A stretch of DNA of 64,000 bases. Source: an uncultured Armatimonadia bacterium (GTDB lineage: Bacteria > Armatimonadota > Zipacnadia > CAVVLO01). Below the pieces are notes generated by a model. It was not told the DNA's origin. It did no database searches and worked only from the letters and a program-made list of their open reading frames with translations. Each line of letters begins with the position of its first letter. The stretch's first letter is position 1. The stretch spans positions 832,001-896,000 of the forward strand of contig CAVVLO010000001.1 in assembly GCA_963749155.1 (NCBI GenBank), read 5' to 3'. The position numbers and the translations under genes are program-made. This document shows positions 1 to 9,864 of the stretch, in pieces.

Positions 1-447
1 AATCGCGATTTGTATTTCGTTGGCTTTTGCTCGGGGGCGGTATGCGGCGTCTGGGCGGGCAACGACGAGAACAAACCGACCTATGGCACTTATGGTGGAA
101 TGGTTTCGGCGCCTGTGTTCCGCGAGACGATGGCCGCCTGGTGCGAGCGTTATTCGCCCCCGGTCGAGTTGCCGAGGCCGGTTTCGCTGGCCAGGGAGAC
201 TCGCCTGACTAGTGACGTGCTACGCGTGAGCAGCGAGGAGCGCGCCGAGGAATATACCGATGGTGAAGTCTCCAACTGGCAAGGACAGACTGCGCCCGAA
301 CAAGACGAGTCGGAGTTGCTCGTGCGGGATATCTGCGCGGACAGTGGGCTGCTGGCAGGGCCTGGTTGTCCCAACGTAGAGGAACGGACCTTCAAACCGG
401 GAGAAGAACCAACGCGCCAGTGCCCTGGCAACCACTCGGAGCCTTAG
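1..447 (+). CDS. Class A penicillin-binding protein (PBP1A family), C-terminal part; gene starts upstream of the window
   Basis: Frame 1 is open from base 1 (NRDLYFVGF...GVWAGND...GG..SAPVF), typical of a PBP1A transpeptidase end. C-terminal ICxxSGLLAxxxCP...EPTxxC tail. Confidence 0.8.
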   Translation, partial: NRDLYFVGFCSGAVCGVWAGNDENKPTYGTYGGMVSAPVFRETMAAWCERYSPPVELPRPVSLARETRLTSDVLRVSSEERAEEYTDGEVSNWQGQTAPEQDESELLVRDICADSGLLAGPGCPNVEERTFKPGEEPTRQCPGNHSEP

Positions 448-474
448 GGCAGACTGGAAGGCAAATCAATATCA

Positions 475-2301
475 ATGGAAAGACTGGTAAGACTTAGAGT
501 AACAATACTGGGACTGTTATTCGCCTTGGCCTTGCTGCTGCTGGTGGGCAGATTGTGGTACATCCAGATAGCCCAGGGCGAGGCTTATGCGCAGCGAGCG
601 TCAAGTCAGAGCTTGCGACGCATCCGGCTGGCTGCTCCGAGGGGCAACATCTATGACAGAAAGCTGAGGTTGCTTGCGACTTCCAGCCCTTCTTATTCGC
701 TGGCGGTCGTGCCTGCCGAGGTGCGCGACCCGGCAGAGCTGGTCGTGCAGCTTTCCAGACTGGTAGAACTGGACACAGCCAAGCTGGCCGAATTGCTCAA
801 AGAATATCGGCGCTCTTACACCCAGCTCATCATCAAGAGCGACCTGGATTTCAAGACGCTGGCGGCAATTGAAGAACATTCGGCTTTCTTGCCTGGCGTT
901 GCCATCCAGGAGGACTTCAAGCGACTGTATCCCGAAGGCACGACTGCTGCGCATCTGCTGGGGCAGGTGGGGGAGATCTCCGCCGATGAACTGGAGAAGC
1001 GCAAAGAGCAAGGTTATTCTCCAGGCGACCTTATCGGCAAGGCAGGGCTGGAGCGCCAATATGAACAATATCTGCGCGGCACGCCTGGCGAGCGTTGGGT
1101 TGAGATGGACGCGCGCGGCAACGTTACCGCCAGCCTGGGCGAGGCCAAGCCTCAGCCTGGCGCCGACCTTATCCTGGCAGTCGACCTGGACGCCCAGAAG
1201 ACACTGGAGGTGGGACTGGGCAGCAGGCGCGGCGCGGGCGTGGTTATGAACCCGATGACTGGCGAGATAATCGCAATGGCCAGCCGGCCGACTTTCTCGC
1301 CTCAGGACTTCGTTGGGGGCATCTCTACCGCCAAATGGAAGGAATACACAGGCTCCAAAGCGACCCCGCTGCAGGACCGGGCGCGCGCCGGCAGGTATCC
1401 GCCAGGCTCGGTTATCAAGCCGGCAATGGCACTGGCGGGGCTCGAGGCAGGGCTGATCCCAACGAGTCGCACCGCCACATGCGTGGGCTATATAACTCTG
1501 GGCAATCGCAAGTTTTGGTGCTGGCAGCATTCGGGACATGGCACAGTAGGTTTGACCCAGGCACTGGCGCGCTCGTGCAATATATTTTTTTACAGACTGG
1601 GCCAGGACCTGGGCCCTGAGCGGATGGAAGCCTATCTGCGCAAAATCCATTATGACCAGAAGACCGGGATTGATTTGCCTGGGGAGATAAAAGGCACAAT
1701 ACCCAAGGTGGCCGAGTTTGGGAAGCGCTGGTATGGCGGCGATACGCTCAATATGGCGATAGGCCAGGGCTATATCGCGGTGACGCCGCTCGAGGTATGT
1801 CGATTCTATGCAGCGCTAGCCAATGGGGGAACATTGCCTGTACCCCATGTGGTCAACTCCATCCGACGACCTGGCCAGCAGGCGGAGCAACTGACTTTCC
1901 CTGAGGGAGTCGCCATGGCCTTCCCCGAGGAGGATCTGAGGCGAGTGCGCCAGGGGGTTTGGGAAGGTGTGCAAGGCAGCTCGGGCACAGGCCGCGGGGT
2001 AAAACTGCCAGGCATCGAGTTCGCAGGCAAGACAGGCACCGCGCAAGACCCCCCGGGCATCCCGCATGCCTGGTTCTGCAGTTGGGCGCCCTTTGACACG
2101 CCCCAGTACGTCACGACAGTGCTAATAGAACGGGGCGACTCGGGCTCCAAAGCTGCCGTGCCGATCACCAAGGCGGTTTACAAGGTGCTGTTTGACAAGC
2201 AAGGCAAAACGGACAACCCGAAGCCTGCTCCTCTGCCGACCCCAAAGCCAATCCCAGCGCCAGCGGTAACCAATGCCACTGACGCTGCTACCGCCCCGTG
2301 A
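475..2301 (+). CDS. mrdA: Penicillin-binding protein 2 (class B transpeptidase)
   Basis: N-terminal TM, RGxIYDR, RxYP, GKxGLE, catalytic PGSVIK (SxxK), SCN and KTG motifs; Pro-rich tail. Confidence 0.92.
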   Translation: MERLVRLRVTILGLLFALALLLLVGRLWYIQIAQGEAYAQRASSQSLRRIRLAAPRGNIYDRKLRLLATSSPSYSLAVVPAEVRDPAELVVQLSRLVELDTAKLAELLKEYRRSYTQLIIKSDLDFKTLAAIEEHSAFLPGVAIQEDFKRLYPEGTTAAHLLGQVGEISADELEKRKEQGYSPGDLIGKAGLERQYEQYLRGTPGERWVEMDARGNVTASLGEAKPQPGADLILAVDLDAQKTLEVGLGSRRGAGVVMNPMTGEIIAMASRPTFSPQDFVGGISTAKWKEYTGSKATPLQDRARAGRYPPGSVIKPAMALAGLEAGLIPTSRTATCVGYITLGNRKFWCWQHSGHGTVGLTQALARSCNIFFYRLGQDLGPERMEAYLRKIHYDQKTGIDLPGEIKGTIPKVAEFGKRWYGGDTLNMAIGQGYIAVTPLEVCRFYAALANGGTLPVPHVVNSIRRPGQQAEQLTFPEGVAMAFPEEDLRRVRQGVWEGVQGSSGTGRGVKLPGIEFAGKTGTAQDPPGIPHAWFCSWAPFDTPQYVTTVLIERGDSGSKAAVPITKAVYKVLFDKQGKTDNPKPAPLPTPKPIPAPAVTNATDAATAP

Positions 2302-2307
2302 TATAAT
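2279..2307 (+). promoter_or_regulatory. sigma70-type promoter (CTGACG-17 nt-TATAAT with extended TG) overlapping the mrdA stop
   Basis: TGATATAAT at 2299-2307; CTGACG at 2279-2284. Confidence 0.55.
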
Positions 2308-2346
2308 CGTGGCGCACTGTATATACCGGCCGCCTGGCCTGAAGGC

Positions 2347-4716
2347 GTGATGAGTTTGAGCGAGCCTCAAAAGGGGGCTATCCCCACTCTGGCTCTACTT
2401 GCCGCGGTGTTCCTGCTTTCCGCCGCCAGTATGATGTTCGAGATAGCCCTTACCCGGGTGCTTTCTGTAGTGCTTCGGTATCACTATGTGTATGTGGTGG
2501 TATCTGTTGCTATCTGCGGACTAGGCCTGGGGGGGATCCTTCGGTATTACGCCTTGCGCAGGCTTGGGCCAGCCTGGAACGGCGCCCTGCTTGTCTGGTC
2601 GGCGGCCTTGTTCGCGCTGACCTCGGCTGGGGCACTCGCCCTGTTGCTGCTTACAGGTTTTACCGAGTGGATGGAAGTCCAGACGGCTATCTCCCTGGTC
2701 ACGGTTATCCCCTACCTCTTCGCGGGCGTGTTTCTTTCGACAGCTTTTGAAGTCTTCCATGAGAGCAGCGGGCTGCTTTACTTCGCCGATTTGGTGGGCG
2801 CGGCGCTGTCTACGCTGTTTGTGTTGATGGTGCTGGAAATCGGAGGCGGCCTTAACGCGTGCCTGGTCGCGGCGGTGCTTGGCGCGGCAGGCGCAGCTCT
2901 GGCGGGCCTCGATGAGAGACGTCCGGTGCAGCTTGGAGGCAGCCTGCTGGTGCTGGTGCTGCTTGGTCTGCTCGCAGGCGCCAACGCCTCTTCGCCCCTG
3001 CTGGAAGTGAAAGCCCTCGGGGTGAGTCATGGCCGGTCGGACTATGTGAAGCCCCTTTATCGCGAACTGGCCCTCGGCCTGGATGGGGTCCAGCGGGTCT
3101 GGAGTGACTGGAACGCCTTCGCCCGCACCGATGTGGTGAAGTACAAGCCCGAGGTCGGCGATTCTCTCTATGTCTACACCGATGGCGACGTGCCAACGAC
3201 GATTGAGTCCTTCGATGGCAATCTGAAAGCCCAGCAGTCGCGCCAGGTGTTTATCGGTTATCTGCCCTACTACCTGAAGAAGGCGCCTGAACGGGTGCTG
3301 TCGCTAGGGTCGGGCGGCGGGATGGACGTGCTGCTGGCCCAACTGGCGGGGGCCAGACAGATAGACTGCGTGGAGATAAATCCCTCTATCATCGAAGCTG
3401 TAGACCTGTTCGGCGACTTCTCGGGCAGGCCTTACGACTATGAGAACGTCAACCTCTACATCACCGAAGGGCGCAGTTTCGTCAAGCGCAATCCGCAGCA
3501 GTACGACCTGCTTTATATGGCGCTGACCAAGACGGCGACCGTCTCCAGTCTGGGGATGTCGCTAGTTGAATCGCATATCCACACGGTGGAGGCCTTCCGC
3601 GACTATTTCGGCCATCTGAAGCAGGATGGGATGATTGCCTTTATTATGCAGGCGGAGCCACTTACCCTCAGGGCCTTCCTCACGATGGGGCAGGCGCTGG
3701 TAGAGCTGGGCGCAAGTCAGTCTGAGGCGATGAACTCGCTGATGATTATCCGGGTGCCGGATGAGCAGGTGGGATACACCCCCTACGAATTTTTGGTGCT
3801 GGGCAAACGCACTCCCTTTACCAAGCCTGAAGCCGAGAAGCTGGCCAAGGCCACGGTGGCTTGTCACCTGAAGGCCAGATATATTCCGTATTTCAAGGAA
3901 GCCAGTTTCGCCAGGCCCTTGCTGGAGGGCGATTCGACCTTCCTCTCCTTTGCCGAGGACGCCGATACCGGCATCAATGTAGGGCCTGTTTATGATGATG
4001 CGCCCTTCTATGTGGATATGAGCTTTGGCGTGCCGGTTGCGCTCAGGCAACTGGCCTGGGGCCTTATTGCCTTGCTCGCAGTGTTCGTTGCCGTCGTGCT
4101 GGGTACGCGTAAATTCCTTGCGAAACAGCCTGCGCTCCCGATGGGGCCCTATATCGTCTACTTCTTCCTGCTGGGCGTTGGCTTTATGCTGGTGGAGCTT
4201 GCACTCATCCAGAAGTCCACCCTTTATCTCGGTTATCCGACCCTTTCGCTTGCAGTCATCCTCTTCGCGCTTTTGCTTGGGGGCGGGTTTGGCGCCTTGA
4301 TAAGCCAGGGGCTGGAAGGAGAACGCACCAATCGGGGCCTGCTGGCTTTCTCGTTAGGGGCAACGATGTTGATAACGCTTTATGGTTTCCTGCTACCGCC
4401 GCTTTTCGATGCGACCTTGCACTTGCCAATGGTGGGCAGGGCGCTGCTTACGCTGGTGCTGATGCTGCCACTTGGCGCAGTGATGGGCGGGCTCTTCCCT
4501 TCGGGACTAAGACTGCTTGGCCGAAGCTGGCCTGACGATCTGGCCTGGATGTGGGGCGTCAACGGCTTTGCCAGTATCCTCGGCTCGGTGCTATGCATGA
4601 TGCTTGCCAAGGTGGCGGGATTCACGCTGGCCTTGTGGCTTGGCGCGGCGTGTTATCTGCTTGTGGCAGTCTGTGCGATCACTTTTTTCCGCTCGAAGGC
4701 GACTTCGAGCGACTGA
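2347..4716 (+). CDS. Polytopic membrane protein with central class I SAM-dependent (spermidine-synthase-like) domain
   Basis: N- and C-terminal TM bundles around a Rossmann motif LGSGGGMDV..CVEINP..EGRSF; YFxLLGVGFMLVE and WxWGVNG motifs typical of this family. Confidence 0.8.
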   Translation: MMSLSEPQKGAIPTLALLAAVFLLSAASMMFEIALTRVLSVVLRYHYVYVVVSVAICGLGLGGILRYYALRRLGPAWNGALLVWSAALFALTSAGALALLLLTGFTEWMEVQTAISLVTVIPYLFAGVFLSTAFEVFHESSGLLYFADLVGAALSTLFVLMVLEIGGGLNACLVAAVLGAAGAALAGLDERRPVQLGGSLLVLVLLGLLAGANASSPLLEVKALGVSHGRSDYVKPLYRELALGLDGVQRVWSDWNAFARTDVVKYKPEVGDSLYVYTDGDVPTTIESFDGNLKAQQSRQVFIGYLPYYLKKAPERVLSLGSGGGMDVLLAQLAGARQIDCVEINPSIIEAVDLFGDFSGRPYDYENVNLYITEGRSFVKRNPQQYDLLYMALTKTATVSSLGMSLVESHIHTVEAFRDYFGHLKQDGMIAFIMQAEPLTLRAFLTMGQALVELGASQSEAMNSLMIIRVPDEQVGYTPYEFLVLGKRTPFTKPEAEKLAKATVACHLKARYIPYFKEASFARPLLEGDSTFLSFAEDADTGINVGPVYDDAPFYVDMSFGVPVALRQLAWGLIALLAVFVAVVLGTRKFLAKQPALPMGPYIVYFFLLGVGFMLVELALIQKSTLYLGYPTLSLAVILFALLLGGGFGALISQGLEGERTNRGLLAFSLGATMLITLYGFLLPPLFDATLHLPMVGRALLTLVLMLPLGAVMGGLFPSGLRLLGRSWPDDLAWMWGVNGFASILGSVLCMMLAKVAGFTLALWLGAACYLLVAVCAITFFRSKATSSD

Positions 4717-4735
4717 CAATCAGCGAGGCCCAAAC

Positions 4736-4772
4736 GCAAACCGGAGGCGCAAGATGCCTCCGGTTTTGCTTT
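4736..4772. terminator. Bidirectional intrinsic terminator between convergent genes
   Basis: AAACCGGAGGC-loop-GCCTCCGGTTT stem with flanking A and T runs. Confidence 0.7.
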
Positions 4773-4779
4773 GTGCAAC

Positions 4780-5904
4780 TTAGAAGTGATCGGTTGGCCA
4801 GATATAGCCCCACTGAGGTGGGAAGAGCAGCCCCAGCAACGGCCCAGGATTGCCTGCAACCTCGACCGAGGGCTCAAGGACCAGGTCGGAGAAAGGCCGA
4901 TAACCGACTACGAGTTGCATCAGCAGTGACTGGGGCAGTCTTGCCGCATCGTGCGCCCCTCCCCCTTCTATCACCGTCACTCGGCCCTCTTTGGCTTTGA
5001 GGGTCAGTTCGCCGATGTCGGTTGAAAGGCTGACGCATGAATTTACAGTGGGCGGTTTGGGGCTGTGTTCGAGGCGCCGGCCCAGCTCGGGGGCGAGCTG
5101 GGCAAAGGCGCTCCCAAGATTTACGAAACATCCCATCGGGCCACCGGTACGCGCATGTCGGAGAGTAGCCAGGCCATCCAGCCTGCGAGCGAAGAGGCAG
5201 AAGGGATGGTCAAGGGGCGCATGCACGTTGAAGGCCTCGAGTCCCTGCTGCTCTGTCTGATGCCCGCAGAAGGCGATGAGGGCGGCGTAAAAAGCGCCTT
5301 CCAAGGGCCCTGGCGCGGCAGCGAGTTCTACCACTTCCACCCGGCCTGGCTTGTCATCGAGGATCACATAACCAACGAGCTGGTCATCCACTACGGAGGC
5401 GAAGACCTGCCCGCCTGTTGACCAGTCCAGCCCTTTGGACGGGCCTCGCCAGTCATCTCTGCGCACCAGAGAACCTGTCCGGGTGCCGTTAGTCTGGTTG
5501 AACAGGCTGCCCACCTGGGGAAGCAACTCGGCAGGGCAGGGCACAAGAGTGAGAGGAGAGTCCAGCAGGGCCGCTTCAGCGACTGAAAGGGTCAGGACAG
5601 AGTCTGCCCAAAGGGGCGCATAACCCCAACGATGGTAGAAATTGCGGATTCCGAACAACACCGAGCAGTCGTAGCCGGCCTCGCGCATCCAGTCGAGGCT
5701 GGCCTGCATCAGCAAGGCGGCATAGCCCTTGCCTCGGTGTTCATCATCGGTGCCTACGCCTGCTATCCCACCCATCGTGAGGATTGCTGAGCCGACTCGC
5801 ATACGCAAATCCAGGGTGGTGACGCGGGCAATATCTTTACCATCAAGCATAAGAAGAGCGCGATGCGCGCCCGACTCGTCAGTGTGTACCAGCTTGGGAT
5901 CCAT
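4780..5904 (-). CDS. Eis-like GNAT N-acetyltransferase with C-terminal SCP2-like domain
   Basis: GGIAGVGT...RGKGYA acetyl-CoA motif, FYxRWGY; GGAGG SD before ATG 5904. Confidence 0.82.
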   Translation of the reverse strand: MDPKLVHTDESGAHRALLMLDGKDIARVTTLDLRMRVGSAILTMGGIAGVGTDDEHRGKGYAALLMQASLDWMREAGYDCSVLFGIRNFYHRWGYAPLWADSVLTLSVAEAALLDSPLTLVPCPAELLPQVGSLFNQTNGTRTGSLVRRDDWRGPSKGLDWSTGGQVFASVVDDQLVGYVILDDKPGRVEVVELAAAPGPLEGAFYAALIAFCGHQTEQQGLEAFNVHAPLDHPFCLFARRLDGLATLRHARTGGPMGCFVNLGSAFAQLAPELGRRLEHSPKPPTVNSCVSLSTDIGELTLKAKEGRVTVIEGGGAHDAARLPQSLLMQLVVGYRPFSDLVLEPSVEVAGNPGPLLGLLFPPQWGYIWPTDHF

Positions 5905-6012
5905 CAGTCTCGCCTCCAGAAAACTAATAATACACGAGGCAGGCTCTGTTTCCATCGAGAAGGCAAAGTCCGCTGTATAATTAGAAAAACAGCAAGGGAA
6001 GGAGGGCCAGGA

Positions 6013-6477
6013 GTGAAGGAACTTGTCCTGGTAACTTATTACAGCCGGAGCGGGCGCTCGGAGGCGCTGGCCGAAGCGATTGCCGCAGGGCTTGAAGAGG
6101 CTGGGCTGGAGCCGAAGCTTGTGCCGGCAGAGCAGCTTGGCCCTGATGAATTGAGGCAGGCGAAGGGGCTTGCGGCAGGCTCGCCGGCTTATTTCAGCAA
6201 TATGGCCTGGCCGGTGAAGAAGCTGATAGATGAGAGCATACAGTTATATGGCGGTCGCGAGCTTGCGGGAGTGCCCTTCCTGGCTTTCGCCACGGCGGGC
6301 TGCGAGCGCGATGGGCAGAAGACCCTGGAGTTATTACAGGTGGCTTTCACCTTCCATCATGAGATGACCGATTTGGGCTCCGTGCTGGCGCTGGACAGCG
6401 AGCCTTCGACTACCTCGGCGGCCAGAGCAAGAGAAGCGGGATTTGCCCTGGGTAAAGCGATTTTAGACCGGGGGTGA
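6013..6477 (+). CDS. Flavodoxin / WrbA-like flavoprotein
   Basis: YYSRSGRSxxLAEAI FMN loop, GSPAY motif; GTG start after GGAGG; TATAAT at 5976-5981. Confidence 0.8.
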   Translation: MKELVLVTYYSRSGRSEALAEAIAAGLEEAGLEPKLVPAEQLGPDELRQAKGLAAGSPAYFSNMAWPVKKLIDESIQLYGGRELAGVPFLAFATAGCERDGQKTLELLQVAFTFHHEMTDLGSVLALDSEPSTTSAARAREAGFALGKAILDRG

Positions 6478-6493
6478 GGACCGGGCGCGCCAG

Positions 6494-6522
6494 TTGCTTC
6501 ACGGGAGGCATTATGCTAATCT
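6494..6522 (+). promoter_or_regulatory. rpsB operon promoter (TTGCTT-17 nt-TAATCT with extended TG)
   Basis: TTGCTT 6494-6499; TGCTAATCT 6514-6522. Confidence 0.6.
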
Positions 6523-6529
6523 TGCTGGG

Positions 6530-6603
6530 CTTGCGCGCCTGCCTGCCCGAAGGGGTATGAGGCGCGCGTGCTTATGCTGCCAGAAAAGGAGGTGACTAAT
6601 AAT
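6530..6603 (+). promoter_or_regulatory. Structured rpsB 5' leader (candidate S2 autoregulatory element)
   Basis: Stem GCGCGCCT(6533-6540)/AGGCGCGC(6560-6567) enclosing a TGCCC-GAAG-GGGTA hairpin, upstream of SD AAGGAGGTG. Confidence 0.45.
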
Positions 6604-7458
6604 ATGGCTTTAGTAACGATGAAAGAACTCCTCGAGGCTGGGGTGCATTTTGGACACCAGACCCGGCGCTGGGATCCGAAGATGCGCAAATACATCTACG
6701 GTGGGCGCAATGGCATCTACATCATCGACTTGCACCAGACCCTGAGACTGCTGAAGGACGCTCATTCCTTCGTACGCGACCTGGCCTACAAAGGCGGGCG
6801 TATTCTTTTCGTGGGAACGAAGCGTCAGGCGCGGGAACCGCTCCAAGAGACAGCCGTTAGCTGCGGGATGAACTATGTGAACGAACGTTGGCTGGGCGGT
6901 ATGCTGACCAACTTCGGCACAATCCGGCTGCGGGTAGGCCGACTGCTCGAACTGAGGCAGATGACCGAGGACGGCACGATTGATTCGCTGCCGAAGAAGG
7001 AAGCTGCCAAGCTGAGCAAGGAGCGCGACAAGCTCGATGCCAGCCTGGGTGGTCTCGTAGGGATGGAAGAGATCCCTGATGCCATCTTCGTGGTGGATAT
7101 GAAGCACGAGCACATTGCGGTTGACGAGGCGCGCGGACTGGGACTGCCAGTGGTGGCTATCGTAGACACCAACTGCGACCCCAGGCTTGCTGACTTCCCG
7201 ATTCCGGGCAACGATGACGCCATCCGGGCTATCCGGTTGTTCGCCAGCAAGATCGCAGAGGCGGTGCTCGAGGGGCAGCAGATGGCTCAGGCGGAGCGCG
7301 AGATGCGCGAGTCCGAGCTTGAAGCAGCCGCGAATGAGAAAGCCGCAGCCCAGGAAGAGGAGCTGCTCTCGCCCGAAGCTCAGGCGCTGCTGGAAATCCA
7401 GCAGGAGGCCGAAGAGGCCTTTGAAGACGAAGAGCCTGGCGGCGACGATGAAATTTGA
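6604..7458 (+). CDS. rpsB: 30S ribosomal protein S2
   Basis: [33 protein letters not shown]; acidic C-terminal extension. Confidence 0.98.
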   Translation: MALVTMKELLEAGVHFGHQTRRWDPKMRKYIYGGRNGIYIIDLHQTLRLLKDAHSFVRDLAYKGGRILFVGTKRQAREPLQETAVSCGMNYVNERWLGGMLTNFGTIRLRVGRLLELRQMTEDGTIDSLPKKEAAKLSKERDKLDASLGGLVGMEEIPDAIFVVDMKHEHIAVDEARGLGLPVVAIVDTNCDPRLADFPIPGNDDAIRAIRLFASKIAEAVLEGQQMAQAEREMRESELEAAANEKAAAQEEELLSPEAQALLEIQQEAEEAFEDEEPGGDDEI

Positions 7459-7468
7459 GGTGTAAAGA

Positions 7469-8071
7469 ATGGCAGTATCACCTGAACAGATCAAAAAACT
7501 AAGGGAATTGACCGGCGCCGGCATTTTAGAATGCAAGAATGCGCTGGAGGAAGTCGAAGGAGACCTTGAAAAGGCAATAGATTTGCTGCGCACGCGCGGC
7601 ATCGCCAAAGCTGACAAGCGCGCCGGTCGCGCTACAGCTGAGGGCCTTGTTCAAGCCTATATACATAGCGATGGGAAACTCGGCGTGCTGGTCGAAGTCA
7701 ACTGTGAGACCGACTTCGTGGCGCGCACCGATGACTTCAAGGAGCTTTGCCGCGAGGTAGCAATGCAGATTGCGGCTGCTCAGCCTCTCTATGTAAACCG
7801 GGAGGAAGTCCCAGCGGACCTCCTCGAAAAAGAAAAGGCCATTCTGCGCGAGCAGACCCTCGCCGAGGGGAAGCCCGAACAGATGGTAGACAAGATCGTC
7901 GAAGGGCGTATCTCCAAGTATTATCAGGAGAACTGCCTGATGGACCAGGCCTGGATTAAGGATGACAAGGGCAAGCTGACCATCACCGATCTGGTAAAGC
8001 AGTACATCGCCAAGCTGGGAGAGAACCTGCAAGTCAGGCGTTTCGTCCGGCTGCGCGTTGGTGAAGAGTAA
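7469..8071 (+). CDS. tsf: Elongation factor Ts (short form)
   Basis: LRELTGAG..ECK.AL, EVNCETDFVA. Confidence 0.98.
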   Translation: MAVSPEQIKKLRELTGAGILECKNALEEVEGDLEKAIDLLRTRGIAKADKRAGRATAEGLVQAYIHSDGKLGVLVEVNCETDFVARTDDFKELCREVAMQIAAAQPLYVNREEVPADLLEKEKAILREQTLAEGKPEQMVDKIVEGRISKYYQENCLMDQAWIKDDKGKLTITDLVKQYIAKLGENLQVRRFVRLRVGEE

Positions 8072-8097
8072 CAACTAGTCAAGGGAGAGCCAGCCCG

Positions 8098-8814
8098 ATG
8101 ACGTACAAACGCGCGTTGCTCAAGCTGAGCGGGGAAGCCTTTATGGGCGAGGCCGCCTTTGGCATCGCCGAGGTTGTAGTCAGGGATATGGCTCAACAGA
8201 TAAAAGCCGCCCACGACACCGGGCTCCAACTCGGGGTAGTCGTGGGCGGTGGCAATTTTATCAGGGGCGCGACCTTCCAGCAGCAAGGGCTGGATCGGGT
8301 GGCCGCTGACCAGATGGGTATGCTGGCGACAGCCATCAACGGTATCGCGCTGCAGAACGCCCTGGAGCAGGAAGGCGTCGAAACTCGGATGCAATCCGCA
8401 ATCGAGATGCGCTCAGTCTGCGAGCCTTTGATTGTCCGCCGAGCCCTCAGGCACCTGGAGAAGGGACGGATAGTGATATTTGTCGCAGGCACCGGGGCGC
8501 CTTTTGTGACTACAGACACCGCCGCCGTGCTAAGGGCCGCCGAGATAAAAGCCGAAATCCTTTTTAAAGCCACCAATGTGGATGGCGTCTACGACAAAGA
8601 TCCCAGAACCAATCCCGACGCGCAGGTATACAGCGAGCTGGATTACAGTGATGTTATCAGGCGTCAGCTTAGAGTGATGGACCTGACAGCGGTAAGTCTA
8701 GCGCAGGACAGAGACCTGCCGCTCAGGGTATTCAACCTCAAGCGCGAAGGAAATATCGCCCAGGCGCTTCTGGGCGAACCACTGGGTACGCTGGTAAGGA
8801 GGGTGGAAGAATGA
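8098..8814 (+). CDS. pyrH: UMP kinase
   Basis: LLKLSGE, GGGNFIRG, DQMGMLAT, TTDTAA, VDGVYDKDP. Confidence 0.98.
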   Translation: MTYKRALLKLSGEAFMGEAAFGIAEVVVRDMAQQIKAAHDTGLQLGVVVGGGNFIRGATFQQQGLDRVAADQMGMLATAINGIALQNALEQEGVETRMQSAIEMRSVCEPLIVRRALRHLEKGRIVIFVAGTGAPFVTTDTAAVLRAAEIKAEILFKATNVDGVYDKDPRTNPDAQVYSELDYSDVIRRQLRVMDLTAVSLAQDRDLPLRVFNLKREGNIAQALLGEPLGTLVRRVEE

Positions 8815-9389
8815 GTGACAAAGAAAGGGCCACCAAGGAGCTTGTAGAAGAGTCGCGGGCGCGTATGCAAAGGCGACTGGACGGCTTCAAGGAAGAACTG
8901 CGCAAAGTGCGCACCGGGCGGGCCACCCCCAGCCTGGTCGAGGATCTCAAAGTCGAGGTCAAGAGTTACGGTTCCGTGATGCCGCTCTCACAACTTGCGA
9001 CACTTTCGGCCCCTGAGCCACGATTGATAGTCGTGGATCCCTGGGACAAGGGCACGCTCCGAGACATCGCCAACGCTATTTCGACAAGTGACATCGGCAT
9101 CAACCCGGTAAGCGATGGCAATGTGCTGCGCCTTCCCCTGCCCGAACTGACCGAAGACCGCCGCAAGGAACTAGCCAAAATGGTCAGCAAGAAGGCCGAG
9201 GAATGCAAAATCTCGCTCAGGCAGGTTCGCCACGAAGGGAAGAGCAAACTCGACGATCTGAAAGACCACGGACACTCTGAGGATGAGATCAAGATGCGCC
9301 AGCAAGAGCTGGACGCCGAGGTCAAGGAGTTTTCCGAAAAAGTCGATGTAGCGCGCGATGAGAAGGCGAAGGAGATCCTTAGTCTTTGA
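8811..9389 (+). CDS. frr: Ribosome recycling factor
   Basis: RTGRATP, PxLTEDRRKEL; canonical position. Confidence 0.97.
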   Translation: MSDKERATKELVEESRARMQRRLDGFKEELRKVRTGRATPSLVEDLKVEVKSYGSVMPLSQLATLSAPEPRLIVVDPWDKGTLRDIANAISTSDIGINPVSDGNVLRLPLPELTEDRRKELAKMVSKKAEECKISLRQVRHEGKSKLDDLKDHGHSEDEIKMRQQELDAEVKEFSEKVDVARDEKAKEILSL

Positions 9390-9598
9390 TGGAATCGAAA
9401 GCGGCTCCAAGGGTGTTGCTGCTGCCCTGGCCCGAGGCTAAAATCGAACTCGAACAAGCCGGATATCAGCTTGGAGAAGTGAAAGTGACCCGGCCGCCCC
9501 GCCACAGAGAAGAGCCTTTTACACTTGAGCGGGGCAGGATACTAAGGCAGGTCACCAAAGGGATTACGGTAGACCTCGTGGTAGGTCTACTCGAATAA
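9389..9598 (+). CDS. Small protein, single PASTA-like domain, no signal peptide
   Basis: Start overlaps the frr stop; PxV...EAxxxLExAG...GxILxQ...VxLVV pattern. Confidence 0.6.
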   Translation: MESKAAPRVLLLPWPEAKIELEQAGYQLGEVKVTRPPRHREEPFTLERGRILRQVTKGITVDLVVGLLE

Positions 9599-9613
9599 GC
9601 AAGGAGGAAACAG

Positions 9614-9784
9614 ATGGCATACGTTATTAACAGCGATTGCACGATGTGTGGAGCCTGCGTCAACGAGTGCCCCGTAGACGCCATTTCCGAGGGCGACAGC
9701 CAGATGGTTATCGACCCGGAAACCTGTATTGACTGTGGCAAGTGCGCCGAGGTTTGCCCCGTCGACGCCATCAGCCCCGAGTAA
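9614..9784 (+). CDS. 2[4Fe-4S] clostridial-type ferredoxin, 56 aa (not in ORF track)
   Basis: SD AAGGAGG; MAYVINSDCTMCGACVNECPVDAISEGDSQMVIDPETCIDCGKCAEVCPVDAISPE with two CxxCxxCxxxCP motifs. Confidence 0.96.
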   Translation: MAYVINSDCTMCGACVNECPVDAISEGDSQMVIDPETCIDCGKCAEVCPVDAISPE

Positions 9785-9791
9785 TAACCAG

Positions 9792-9828
9792 GCGAAGAGC
9801 CCGGGTGGCCTGGCTGCCCGGGCTTCGC
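9792..9828 (+). other. GC-rich stem-loop after ferredoxin, no U-tract
   Basis: GCGA..AGCCCGGG / CCCGGGCT.TCGC inverted repeat. Confidence 0.4.
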
Positions 9829-9864
9829 GCTGCCTAGAGCTGGCCTGACCTGGATGTGACCTGA

